Shown: positions 19,215 through 27,286, counted from the first letter of the stretch. The stretch: DNA of 34,619 bases from Methanothrix sp. (GCA_037128175.1 JBAXWY010000029.1:1-34619), one strand, 5' to 3'. Made by a program: numbers and translations. Notes: generated by a model from the letters alone, not told the origin.

Positions 19215-19808
19215 CTGCATACCCAAGCGTTCCTTTATCGCTCTGACATCGGCCTGCATTTGCCTGGCATATCCTGGCTGAATGTCTTCCCTCATGCCTT
19301 TGATCTCTTCCGTGACCTCACTCATATTCGCTTTCACGGCCTTGATGTCTTCCCCGATTTGAGGGATGATCTCGGTATTCTTCCGCACTGCTTTCATATC
19401 ACCCTTTAACTCTTTTATATCACCCTTCAACTCTTTCAGATCACCCGTCATCTCTTTGAGGTTGTCTCTAATATCCAGGAGTAGCGGGATTGCCTTGTTT
19501 AGCTGTATATTTGTGCAAACAAAGGCATACTCGCTGGTCTTCATAATATCGCCCTCATAGTCCTCAAAGACAATGCTCGATACTTGGGAATGGTCAGGTT
19601 TTTGGGTCTCTACCAGCTTCTTAAAATCTGCGATTGTTTCTTCATTGCCTTCGACCAGGGCTGTTACCTCCGGCCCCTTCTCGCCCGTCCTATTGCGAGC
19701 GTGAAAGCCCTTGAGACCCAAGTCTATGGCGTTGCTCATCAGAAAGTACCTGTAGCCCACATCATGCACTTTTGGACCGATAATCTTAACTTTCAGCTTC
19801 ATAGTCAT
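19212..19808 (-). CDS. Acylphosphatase-domain protein with heptad coiled-coil tail (copy 2)
   Basis: [10 protein letters not shown] and GFHARN (Arg and Asn retained); tail of GDLKELK/GDIKELK heptads encoded by 21-nt repeats (19391-19453). Confidence 0.85.
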   Translation of the reverse strand: MTMKLKVKIIGPKVHDVGYRYFLMSNAIDLGLKGFHARNRTGEKGPEVTALVEGNEETIADFKKLVETQKPDHSQVSSIVFEDYEGDIMKTSEYAFVCTNIQLNKAIPLLLDIRDNLKEMTGDLKELKGDIKELKGDMKAVRKNTEIIPQIGEDIKAVKANMSEVTEEIKGMREDIQPGYARQMQADVRAIKERLGMQ

Positions 19809-19809
19809 C

Positions 19810-19844
19810 CTTGATATGTATCGGCAAGCTATTTGGTTGTTTCC
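19810..19844 (-). promoter_or_regulatory. Conserved upstream motif of the acylphosphatase family (copy 2)
   Basis: Plus strand CTTGATATGTATCGGCAAGCTATTTGGTTGTTTCC. Confidence 0.65.
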
Positions 19845-19852
19845 TCAATCTT

Positions 19853-20107
19853 GCTACACCACAAAATTCCTAAGAACCCCAATTCCCTCGATCGCCACTT
19901 CCACCGCGTCCCCTCTTTGCAATGGCCCCACTCCGGGTGGCGTGCCCGTGGCAATCACATCACCCGGCTCAAGAGTCATGACGCCGCTTATGAACTGCAT
20001 CACCTTTCCGTTGACGCGAGTCTGAATATCTGCGTCCGAGGGATCGATTTTGGCGATCCAGGGGCAGAAGGGGGCAAAGGTGTCGAAGCTCTTGGCACGC
20101 GTCCACT
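19853..20107 (-). pseudogene. Displaced 3' end of the FAH-family gene (copy of 20830-21132 with a 48-nt deletion)
   Basis: Direct repeat including the stop codon; encodes [13 protein letters not shown]...[16 protein letters not shown]...LRNFVV*. Confidence 0.93.
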
Positions 20108-20113
20108 TAGATC

Positions 20114-20650
20114 TCAGTGCATCCCCAGTCGTTCCTTTATCGCTCTGACATCGGATTGTACCTGTCGGAAATTCATCCCATATCCTGGTTGAATGTCTTC
20201 CCTCATGCCTTTGATTTCTTCCAGTACCTGAGGAATTGCGTCGGTATTCTTCCGCACTGCTTTCATATCACCCTTGATCTCTTTCATATCACCAGTCATC
20301 GATTTGAGGTCATCTCTTATATCGAGGAGCAGCGGAATAGCCTTGTTCAATTGGACTATGGAGCAGAATTGGGAATATTCTCCGATCTTCATGATATCTC
20401 CCTCAAAGTCATCAAAGACGATATTCGATACATTAGAGCGATCAGGACGCCTGGTTTCAACTTGGGTGCGAAAGGCTTTAACTGCTTCATCGTCACCTTC
20501 GACAAAGACTAGGACCTCTTCACATTCGCTGCTTTCTGTATTATAGGCTTCAAACATCTTGATTCTATTAGACATGGCCATGCTCAACAGAAAGTACCTG
20601 TAGCCTACATCATGCACTTTGGGACCGGCAATCTTAATTTTCAGCTTCAT
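20114..20650 (-). CDS. Acylphosphatase-domain protein with heptad coiled-coil tail (copy 3)
   Basis: [10 protein letters not shown]; tail closely related to copy 2 but with fewer heptads. Confidence 0.85.
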   Translation of the reverse strand: MKLKIKIAGPKVHDVGYRYFLLSMAMSNRIKMFEAYNTESSECEEVLVFVEGDDEAVKAFRTQVETRRPDRSNVSNIVFDDFEGDIMKIGEYSQFCSIVQLNKAIPLLLDIRDDLKSMTGDMKEIKGDMKAVRKNTDAIPQVLEEIKGMREDIQPGYGMNFRQVQSDVRAIKERLGMH

Positions 20651-20657
20651 AGTTATC

Positions 20658-20692
20658 CTAGATATTTATCTTCAAGCTATTTGGTTGTTTCC
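20658..20692 (-). promoter_or_regulatory. Conserved upstream motif of the acylphosphatase family (copy 3)
   Basis: CTAGATATTTATCTTCAAGCTATTTGGTTGTTTCC; the 20-bp core CAAGCTATTTGGTTGTTTCC is identical in all three copies. Confidence 0.65.
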
Positions 20693-20788
20693 TCTGTATG
20701 TGTTATGCTCTCCTGCATTCAACGATCCTTCTTTTAAACGCAATACCTGCTTAGTTTGCTGGCGCGGGTGCGTCGCAGTCGTTTGCCT

Positions 20789-20829
20789 TGAGAGGCGCTT
20801 TGCCAGCTCCCTGCCGGCAACGCCTCTCA
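20789..20829. repeat. Palindrome directly downstream of the FAH gene
   Basis: TGAGAGGCG...CGCCTCTCA 9-bp perfect arms with inner TTGCC/GGCAA. Confidence 0.65.
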
Positions 20830-20830
20830 G

Positions 20831-21547
20831 CTACACCACAAAATTCTTAAGAACCCCAATCCCCTCGATCGCTACTTCCACCGCATCTCCTCTTTGCAGC
20901 GGCCCCACGTCCGGGGGCGTGCCCGTGGCAATCACATCACCTGGCTCAAGAGTCATGACGCCGCTTATGAACTGCACCAATTTCGGCACATCGAATATCA
21001 GGTCTGAGGTGTTTGATTTCTGCATCACCTTTCCGTTGACGCGAGTTTCAATATCCGCGTCCGAGGGATCGATTTTGGCGATCCAGGGGCCAAAGGGGGC
21101 AAAGGTGTCGAAGCTCTTGGCACGCGTCCACTGGCCATCCTTGCGCTGCAGATCACGGGCCGTCACATCGTTAAAGCAGGTGTAGCCCAGGATGTACTTC
21201 TCCGCCTCTTCTGCCTGGATCTTTTTGCAGCGTTTTCCAATAACTACCGCTAGCTCGCCTTCGTAGTCCACCTGGCTGCTGGAAGCAGGATAGACGATAT
21301 GCCCGTCCGGGTCCAGGATGGAAGAAGGGGGCTTTAAGAATAGAATGGGCTCCTCGGGTAGCGGCATCTTCAGCTCCTCTGCATGTTTTACGTAATTTAA
21401 GCCCACACAGACGATCTTCGTCGGCTGGCAGGGAGGCAGAAGGAATACTTCGTCCAATCTTAGCACTTCCCCCCTGGAGATTATGCCATTCTCTTTGCTG
21501 TACGATCCTCCCCGAACTATGCCATCAAGCATGAATCGAACTATCAT
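20831..21547 (-). CDS. Fumarylacetoacetate hydrolase family protein
   Basis: [43 protein letters not shown]. Confidence 0.95.
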   Translation of the reverse strand: MIVRFMLDGIVRGGSYSKENGIISRGEVLRLDEVFLLPPCQPTKIVCVGLNYVKHAEELKMPLPEEPILFLKPPSSILDPDGHIVYPASSSQVDYEGELAVVIGKRCKKIQAEEAEKYILGYTCFNDVTARDLQRKDGQWTRAKSFDTFAPFGPWIAKIDPSDADIETRVNGKVMQKSNTSDLIFDVPKLVQFISGVMTLEPGDVIATGTPPDVGPLQRGDAVEVAIEGIGVLKNFVV

Positions 21548-21597
21548 TTCTAACCATCTCTCCCATTTCTTTTGTCTCTCGAGTTGTTAGTTCGTCG

Positions 21598-21662
21598 CTC
21601 TGTGCGTTCTCTGTGAACTCTGTGTCTCTGTGGTGGATTAGTCGTTAGCCAATGGTTTACCT
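21598..21662 (-). repeat. 65-bp dispersed intergenic repeat with 4x CACAGAG (copy A)
   Basis: Minus strand AGGTAAACCATTGGCTAACGACTAATCCACCACAGAGACACAGAGTTCACAGAGAACGCACAGAG; homologous to 27221-27286. Confidence 0.75.
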
Positions 21663-21663
21663 T

Positions 21664-22434
21664 TCATCCTTTGCAGGGACCCTTGCCACCGGTAGGGCCC
21701 CGCCGGTATCGCCCAAACTCGCTCTCTACCAGTCGGTCGGCCATTACGACCGGTCCTTCCACACAGACCCGCAGGCCATCCGGGTCCAGGCAGCAGGAGC
21801 CGCAGATGCCTGCCGCGCACTTGAAGTAGCGGTTGATGCAGGCCTGGGTCTTTTTGGCATGCTCCTGGGTTCGGGAAATTATGTCCCACATCATCATCTC
21901 CGGGCCGCAAAGGTAGATCTGATCGTAATCAAATAAGTCTAGCTCTTTTAGCCCGACGGCAGCGCGGCCGTGTATGCCCAGGGAGCCGTCATCGGTGGTG
22001 ATAATAGTATCTCCCAGAGCCTCAAATCGATCCCGGAAGATGAGGTCTTCTTTGCAGCGAAAGCCGAGCAAGGAGGCGACCTTCATCCCTGTACTTTTGG
22101 CCTGCTCGCCCAAAAAAGTCAGCGGCGCCGTGCCCACGCCCCCGCCTATGAGCAGAATTCTCTTGCCCCGCAGGACAAAGCCATTGCCCAGAGGGCCGCG
22201 TAGGCCAACGCTGCTTCCTCTACCCAAGCTAAAGAGCGCGGCGGAAGCCTCGCCTACCGACTGCACCGTTATGGTATCAGGTCCCGAGAAGCTCATGGGA
22301 ATCTCATCCACGCCTCTGATCCAGACCATGACGTACTGCCCTGGTGCCGGGTCAAGGTTTCTATCCAGCCAAAAGGTCCTGATCAGAGGAGCCTCCGAGC
22401 GCACTTCTTCTATGATGCAGTTAATGGGTTTCAT
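21664..22434 (-). CDS. pyrK: Dihydroorotate dehydrogenase electron transfer subunit
   Basis: PGQYVMVW, RGPLGNGF, GGGVG, CGP and CAAGICGSC...C [2Fe-2S] motif; ATG overlaps the pyrD stop. Confidence 0.93.
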   Translation of the reverse strand: MKPINCIIEEVRSEAPLIRTFWLDRNLDPAPGQYVMVWIRGVDEIPMSFSGPDTITVQSVGEASAALFSLGRGSSVGLRGPLGNGFVLRGKRILLIGGGVGTAPLTFLGEQAKSTGMKVASLLGFRCKEDLIFRDRFEALGDTIITTDDGSLGIHGRAAVGLKELDLFDYDQIYLCGPEMMMWDIISRTQEHAKKTQACINRYFKCAAGICGSCCLDPDGLRVCVEGPVVMADRLVESEFGRYRRGPTGGKGPCKG

Positions 22435-23333
22435 GAGCGTTTCCTCCCGGCCAGGCCGCATAGTTCCTCAAGTGTCAGCGATTTTCTCTCCAGGTAGCGG
22501 GATAGACCAGTTGTGATCTCCTCGAAGACCCCGTAGCCCTTGAGAAGGGCCGTTCCCACCTGCACCGCCGAGGCCCCGGCCATGATCATCTCCACGGCGT
22601 CCTCCCAGGTGGAGACTCCGCCTACGCCAATCACCGGAATCTCCAGGCGCCCGGCCAGCTCGTAGACACAGCGCACGGCCACAGGTTTGATGGCCGGACC
22701 GGACAGGCCGCCAAAGCGGTTGCCCAATATCGGGTAACCGGTTTCGATATCAATGGCCATGGCCTTGAGTGTGTTTATGGCTACTATGGCGTCAGCTCCG
22801 CCCCGCTGCGCCGCCAGGCCCAGCTCCAGGATATCGGCCGTGTTCGGAGTCAGCTTGACCCAGACCGGCACATCTGCCGCAGCCTTCACTGCTCCCGTGA
22901 CGGATTCCACCAGATCGGGATAGCGACCAAGCTCGCTGCCGTACTTCTCGGCATGGGGGCAGGAGAGGTTCAGCTCGAAGGCGTCGGCCTTCAGGCTGCG
23001 AGCGATCTGGGCGAACTCTGCGGCAAAAGATCCGAATATGCTGGCGATGACGGGCACCCCGCCTTTGCGAGCTGTATCGATCTCGTCCTGAAAGTCTTTG
23101 TAGGAAGGATTGGGCAGGCCCATGGCATTGAGAAGGCCACCGTCCACGTGAACAATGGTGGGACCGGGGTGGCCCTCCCGCGGCAAGGATCCCACGGATT
23201 TGGTGACCACGCCGCCTGCGCCTGCTATTGCGGCACGACAGAGAGAGGCACCGGTAGTGCCCAGGATGCCTGCCGCCAGCAGGATGGGATTATTAAGCTG
23301 CAGGCCGCCGGCATGGATGGAAAGGGATGGCAT
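22431..23333 (-). CDS. pyrD: Dihydroorotate dehydrogenase (family 1B) catalytic subunit
   Basis: NAMGLPN, ELNLSCPH, VKLTPN, AINT, GGLSG, IGVGG, VQVGT. Confidence 0.96.
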   Translation of the reverse strand: MPSLSIHAGGLQLNNPILLAAGILGTTGASLCRAAIAGAGGVVTKSVGSLPREGHPGPTIVHVDGGLLNAMGLPNPSYKDFQDEIDTARKGGVPVIASIFGSFAAEFAQIARSLKADAFELNLSCPHAEKYGSELGRYPDLVESVTGAVKAAADVPVWVKLTPNTADILELGLAAQRGGADAIVAINTLKAMAIDIETGYPILGNRFGGLSGPAIKPVAVRCVYELAGRLEIPVIGVGGVSTWEDAVEMIMAGASAVQVGTALLKGYGVFEEITTGLSRYLERKSLTLEELCGLAGRKRS

Positions 23334-23433
23334 GAATAGGGAGATATGCTGGACAAGATAAAAGGCTTATTAATGGGAATAATCTTGAGAATAATAAAAA
23401 ATTATCTTAGGCGGCACCTTGGTCAAGCCGTGG

Positions 23434-24060
23434 CTAAATAATTCCTTTCACTCTCAATGCGGCTCTCATCTCGACTACCTCGTCCTCCAGCTTCTCGAAC
23501 CTCTGATCCAGGTAGCCTTTTAGATCATTTCTGGATTCCTTGACCTCATCAAGAAGATCCTGCTGCGAATCAATCATTTCTCTTTGACCACTGAGCATTT
23601 GATCTTGCTTTTCGATCATTTGATCCTGCTTTCCAATCATTTGATCCTGCTTTCCAATCATTTGATCCTGCTTTTCGATTAGTATGTCTAACTTGCCGCC
23701 TAGCTTGTCACCCAGATTATTAACGGCAACGATCAAATCTTTTAGGTGAACGGCAGCTGTGTCCAACCTGGTATCTGTTTCCCCAATGTCTACCAATTTA
23801 TAGAACTTAGAGACTTTTCCAATCGCAGAGGAATACTCTTTTTCGATGGTCGAAACTTGGATTCGGGTATTCTTAATATCGATAGCTTCTTCAAACCACT
23901 TCAGCCGATCTTCGTCTCCCTCAGCTACAATCCTCACTCTGCCGTCGTCCAGGTTTTCCACGAATCCTTTAAAGCCTAAAGCTCGGGCGATATCCGTGAC
24001 CCTGGCACGGTATCCAGTCTTCTGGACCTTGCCTGAGACATAAGCTGTCAACTGTTTCAT
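23434..24060 (-). CDS. Acylphosphatase-domain protein with KQDQMIG heptad tail (copy 4, different subfamily)
   Basis: SGKVQKTGYR, GFVENLDDGRV..AEG; C-terminal coiled coil. Confidence 0.88.
   Translation of the reverse strand: MKQLTAYVSGKVQKTGYRARVTDIARALGFKGFVENLDDGRVRIVAEGDEDRLKWFEEAIDIKNTRIQVSTIEKEYSSAIGKVSKFYKLVDIGETDTRLDTAAVHLKDLIVAVNNLGDKLGGKLDILIEKQDQMIGKQDQMIGKQDQMIEKQDQMLSGQREMIDSQQDLLDEVKESRNDLKGYLDQRFEKLEDEVVEMRAALRVKGII
23596..23679 (-). repeat. 4 x 21-bp coding tandem repeat
   Basis: CATTTGATC(C/T)TGCTTT(CCA/TCG)AT x4; the two central units are identical. Confidence 0.95.
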
Positions 24061-24122
24061 ATAGTCATTACTCCGTAATTCTTTCTATTTGGCTCTATCG
24101 TCGCATTGATGACTTTCATTTA

Positions 24123-24851
24123 TTATTTTGCAGCTAGCACTCCTTCCACAATCCCCGTCCAGGGATCGCCTTTAGTCGAAAACGCCCTGTATTCACCGGA
24201 GGCGGAGTTGCCACTCAGGTTGAGCCTGAGCCGGTAAAGGTTTACGGTTCCAGAGGATATCACATCCAAACTCAATTTATCCGCGGAAACTGAACCGGAA
24301 GCTGAGGCCTTCATGGTATCGCCGCCGTCATTTATGTTTCCCGTTCCGAAAACTGCATTCTCTGACTGGAAAAGCGTGAGGGCCAGGAATCTGTTCTTGT
24401 TGTCTCTAAGCCGGAAGGACCAGTTTCCTGCCGTGCTTACTGTCGGAGATGTAGTCTGCGATATTGCCGGCAACCTAGCCGACACGTCTGGCTCTGCCGA
24501 TGATGCGGCTTTAGCCTGGCCTGAGCTCACGGTACTTGCTGTCTGATATTCCAGTGCCTCGCCGGTTTTCACAGAACTTCGGGACGACTGCGGATTGGTG
24601 CCGTTTTCCGGTAGATTGCTGGGCATGGTGAAATTGATGCCGCGCTCCTCGCTCCACAGCTTCCTCGCCGCCGCTGGGTTTTCCGGTATACCGTTATTGG
24701 GGATGTAAATCCCATTGCTGAAATCAATGAGCTGGTCCGCGGATAGTCCAGAGCCTCCATCAATGATGGCATAGGCATGGACGGCAAATAGTGCAAGAAT
24801 CACCAGTGATAAGGCTATCAGAACTACTAATCTCCTGGCTTTCCAAATCAT
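24123..24851 (-). CDS. Secreted hypothetical protein with Ser/Thr linker and C-terminal beta-rich domain
   Basis: Signal peptide; GNWSFRL...LTLFQ..VFGTG beta-strand pattern. Confidence 0.75.
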   Translation of the reverse strand: MIWKARRLVVLIALSLVILALFAVHAYAIIDGGSGLSADQLIDFSNGIYIPNNGIPENPAAARKLWSEERGINFTMPSNLPENGTNPQSSRSSVKTGEALEYQTASTVSSGQAKAASSAEPDVSARLPAISQTTSPTVSTAGNWSFRLRDNKNRFLALTLFQSENAVFGTGNINDGGDTMKASASGSVSADKLSLDVISSGTVNLYRLRLNLSGNSASGEYRAFSTKGDPWTGIVEGVLAAK

Positions 24852-25114
24852 GTCGTTAAATACGCGCTTTTACATCTTAAAACTTATGTAATATCCGGCT
24901 GGCAAATCTTCATTTTTACATATTCGGTAAACCCCAGGGTTTACAACCTGATTTTGACACGCGCGGCGATCTTGGAGCTTTGCATCTGTTGCAGAAGGGC
25001 AAGACCAAAGAGGTGCGCATAACCCTGGCCGGGAAGATACTGCATTAGATTTGGGCGAAAAAGCCATATCCCATTGACTGCAAAGATCACCGACAATTCT
25101 CATGGAGGATCCAG

Positions 25115-25495
25115 ATGGTTATAGAAAGCGAATTCGCAGGTAAATGGAAAGTCATCGAGGCCGTGGATATGGTGGAAGATTATCTCAGCCAGTCTCCTGA
25201 CCCACATCTTCTGATAATAGTGGATGAAAAAAACATGGTTACGGGAAGCTATCAGTTTGGCACCCAGGATGGCTACATCGATGGACAATTCGAGAAGGAT
25301 GAAGTAAGTCTGAAGTTGATTTTCTCCTTTGAAGGCTGGGACGAGGCAGATCTGGTAAACGGCTCCGGCACTTTCTCTGTTGAATCTGGGGACACGTATC
25401 TCTTGACGATGAACTACGAAAGTGGCAATACTTTCAGCTTCAGATGCCAGGCAACGCACAGCGATCCTACTACTACTGCGAACGATGCGGCATAA
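25115..25495 (+). CDS. Hypothetical acidic beta-barrel-like protein
   Basis: RBS GGAGG upstream; FAGKW...FSFEGWDEAD..GSG pattern. Confidence 0.7.
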   Translation: MVIESEFAGKWKVIEAVDMVEDYLSQSPDPHLLIIVDEKNMVTGSYQFGTQDGYIDGQFEKDEVSLKLIFSFEGWDEADLVNGSGTFSVESGDTYLLTMNYESGNTFSFRCQATHSDPTTTANDAA

Positions 25496-25537
25496 CTAGT
25501 ATCGATCCGATTACATCGATTGAGATGGCTCGAAGAC

Positions 25538-25810
25538 ATGCAGGTCTTACACTCTCTCTGGGACACGGAAACCTTCTACATCTGGGCCGAATCCTCAGCT
25601 CTGCCCCTCTCTGTCGGCAAATCAGATGGTCGCAGGAAAAAGCATCCATCGGCTCATCCCCATCCTTTTGCCCTGCCTGGTCACAGCTCGCCCTCTTTTC
25701 TCTGGAGCTAGTATCGCGTGAGCAGTTTGTGCCCGCTGTCCGGAAAAGCAGAGCCCTCTGGAATGCGGTGATTGACGAGCCGGATCAAGAGCGTCTCAAT
25801 ATCTTCAGCC
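25538..25810 (+). pseudogene. SNF2-family helicase N-terminal remnants (two segments joined out of frame)
   Basis: MQVLHSLW..FYIWAE...HPHPFA, then in another frame WSQLALFSLELVSREQFVP...DQERL; both resemble the N-terminal region of prokaryotic SNF2 helicases. Confidence 0.6.
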
Positions 25811-25811
25811 G

Positions 25812-26144
25812 GCCCTGCGTAGTTTCCGCTCTGCCGGTGCGAAAGAAGAATCCGAACGCTCTATCTCTCGTTCCTCTCCCGACTCTGTCTCTTTCTCCCT
25901 CATCGAGGATAAGGCCAGGCCTCTGGAAGAGTGCCTGGATTGCTTCTGGCAAAATGGAAAAGAGCTTGATTTGCTGGAGATAAATCCCAGGAGCCCGCCG
26001 GTAGAGAACGCAGTCCTGAAAATACTTGGAGAGGCCCCTATCTCCATTGGCCGGGCCAATTTGGCCTCTTTGCTCGTAAAGGCATACGAGATAGCAGGTC
26101 GGGAGGCACTGCAGAAAGCCGCCCGGGGAAGTGAAGAGCCATAA
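25812..26144 (+). pseudogene. C-terminal remnant, probably of the SWIM zinc-finger partner of the SNF2 helicase
   Basis: Start-less open frame ...PLEECLDCFW...PPVENAVLKILGEAP...LVKAYE...* ending at 26144. Confidence 0.5.
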
Positions 26145-26236
26145 ATTTTTTTACCACTTAAATCGCTCTCCAGACCAACCTCCGAGCAGCCTATAAATAG
26201 TTGGGAGAATATTATTGAACTTAAGGAGTGTATGAT

Positions 26237-26932
26237 ATGGGTTTCTTAGATCGTATGAGCACCGTTGTGCAGGCAAAGATGAACAAGATCATGGACAAGA
26301 TCGAGGATCCCAGGGAGACCCTGGACGTGTCCTACGAAAAACAGCTCCAGCTCCTGCAAAATGTTAAAAGGGGCGTAGCCGAGGTCACCACCTCCAAGAA
26401 GAGACTCGAGCTGCAAAAGGCCAAGCTGCAGATGGGTCTGGACAAGCTGGACGGTCAGGCCAAAGAGGCATTGCAGGCGGGTCGCGAGGATTTGGCTCGA
26501 AAGGCTCTGGAGAACAAGGCCTCGCTACAGGCGCAATCGTCCACGCTCGACCAGCAGATCGCCGACCTGCAAGACCAGCAGCAAAAGCTCATGGACGCCG
26601 AGAGCCGCCTGGCCACCAAGGTGGAGTCCTTCCGCACCAAGAAGGAGACCATAAAAGCCCAGTATTCTGCAGCAGATGCACAGGTAAAGATCACCGAATC
26701 AGTGACAGGCATCAGCGAGGAGATGGCCGATGTAGGCATGGCCGTACAGAGGGCAGAGGAGAAGACGGAGAACATGAAAGCTCGCTCCGCAGCCCTGGAC
26801 GAGCTTCTCGAATCGGGAACGCTAACCGATTACTCCGGCAGCGATGATCTGGACCGGGAACTTGCCAAAGTAAAGGCGCAGAGCAGCGTCAACGATATGC
26901 TGGCCAAAATGAAGGAGGAGATAAAGAAATGA
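26237..26932 (+). CDS. pspA: PspA/IM30 family protein
   Basis: MGFLDRM...IEDPRETLD...GREDLARKAL...ARSAALDEL coiled coil; TATAAATA upstream. Confidence 0.93.
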   Translation: MGFLDRMSTVVQAKMNKIMDKIEDPRETLDVSYEKQLQLLQNVKRGVAEVTTSKKRLELQKAKLQMGLDKLDGQAKEALQAGREDLARKALENKASLQAQSSTLDQQIADLQDQQQKLMDAESRLATKVESFRTKKETIKAQYSAADAQVKITESVTGISEEMADVGMAVQRAEEKTENMKARSAALDELLESGTLTDYSGSDDLDRELAKVKAQSSVNDMLAKMKEEIKK

Positions 26933-27207
26933 TCATCAGGATCTTAGGTGATGGGCAGTTTCGGCTGGACGACAATCTGGTGGACCGAGTAAACAAGATA
27001 GACAACAAAATTGTAAAACATGTCTCCCAGGGCAACAAAGAAGAGTATGCCAGGGATCTGGCCAATTTGATATCCACCATTAAAGAACTGGCCGAGCCCC
27101 TTGATCCGGTGGAGATCCTCCCCTCGGATATCATAATTCCTCAATCCGACATGTCATTTGAGGAGGCTAGGAAGGTGTTCTGCGACGAGGGCCTGATCAA
27201 GGGTTGA
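26929..27207 (+). CDS. PspA-associated protein (PspAA-like)
   Basis: MIIRILGDGQF...D...PSDIIIP..D.S.EEA; ATGA overlap with pspA. Confidence 0.8.
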   Translation: MIIRILGDGQFRLDDNLVDRVNKIDNKIVKHVSQGNKEEYARDLANLISTIKELAEPLDPVEILPSDIIIPQSDMSFEEARKVFCDEGLIKG

Positions 27208-27220
27208 GGGGAAATCAGAT

Positions 27221-27286
27221 AGGTTAACCAGTGGCTAACGACGTTTTCACCACGAAGATCACAAAGCTCACAAAGGAAGCACAGAA
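27221..27286 (+). repeat. 65-bp dispersed intergenic repeat (copy B)
   Basis: AGGTTAACCAGTGGCTAACGACGTTTTCACCACGAAGATCACAAAGCTCACAAAGGAAGCACAGAA. Confidence 0.75.

Noticed and set aside
12860-21132. Duplicated gene fragments considered as DGR template/variable repeats
   Set aside because: No reverse transcriptase; differences are not adenine-specific and, at least in the FAH fragment, are mostly synonymous.
21598-23679. Short periodic repeats considered as a CRISPR array
   Set aside because: No unique spacers between repeats, the units are coding heptads or 7-bp boxes, and no cas genes are present.
24927-24944. Palindrome GTAAACCC-CA-GGGTTTAC
   Set aside because: Single copy with no supporting context; could be an operator but cannot be assigned.
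25012-25022. GGTGCGCATAA, matching the XerC arm of the E. coli dif site
   Set aside because: No XerD-like arm after a 6-bp spacer; likely chance.
25489-25520. GGCATAAC at the stop of the 25115-25495 gene as another attC inverse core
   Set aside because: No complementary upstream core and no attC-like right arm.
25444-25983. 179-aa ORF in the track
   Set aside because: A chimeric read-through of pseudogene segments, not a coherent gene.
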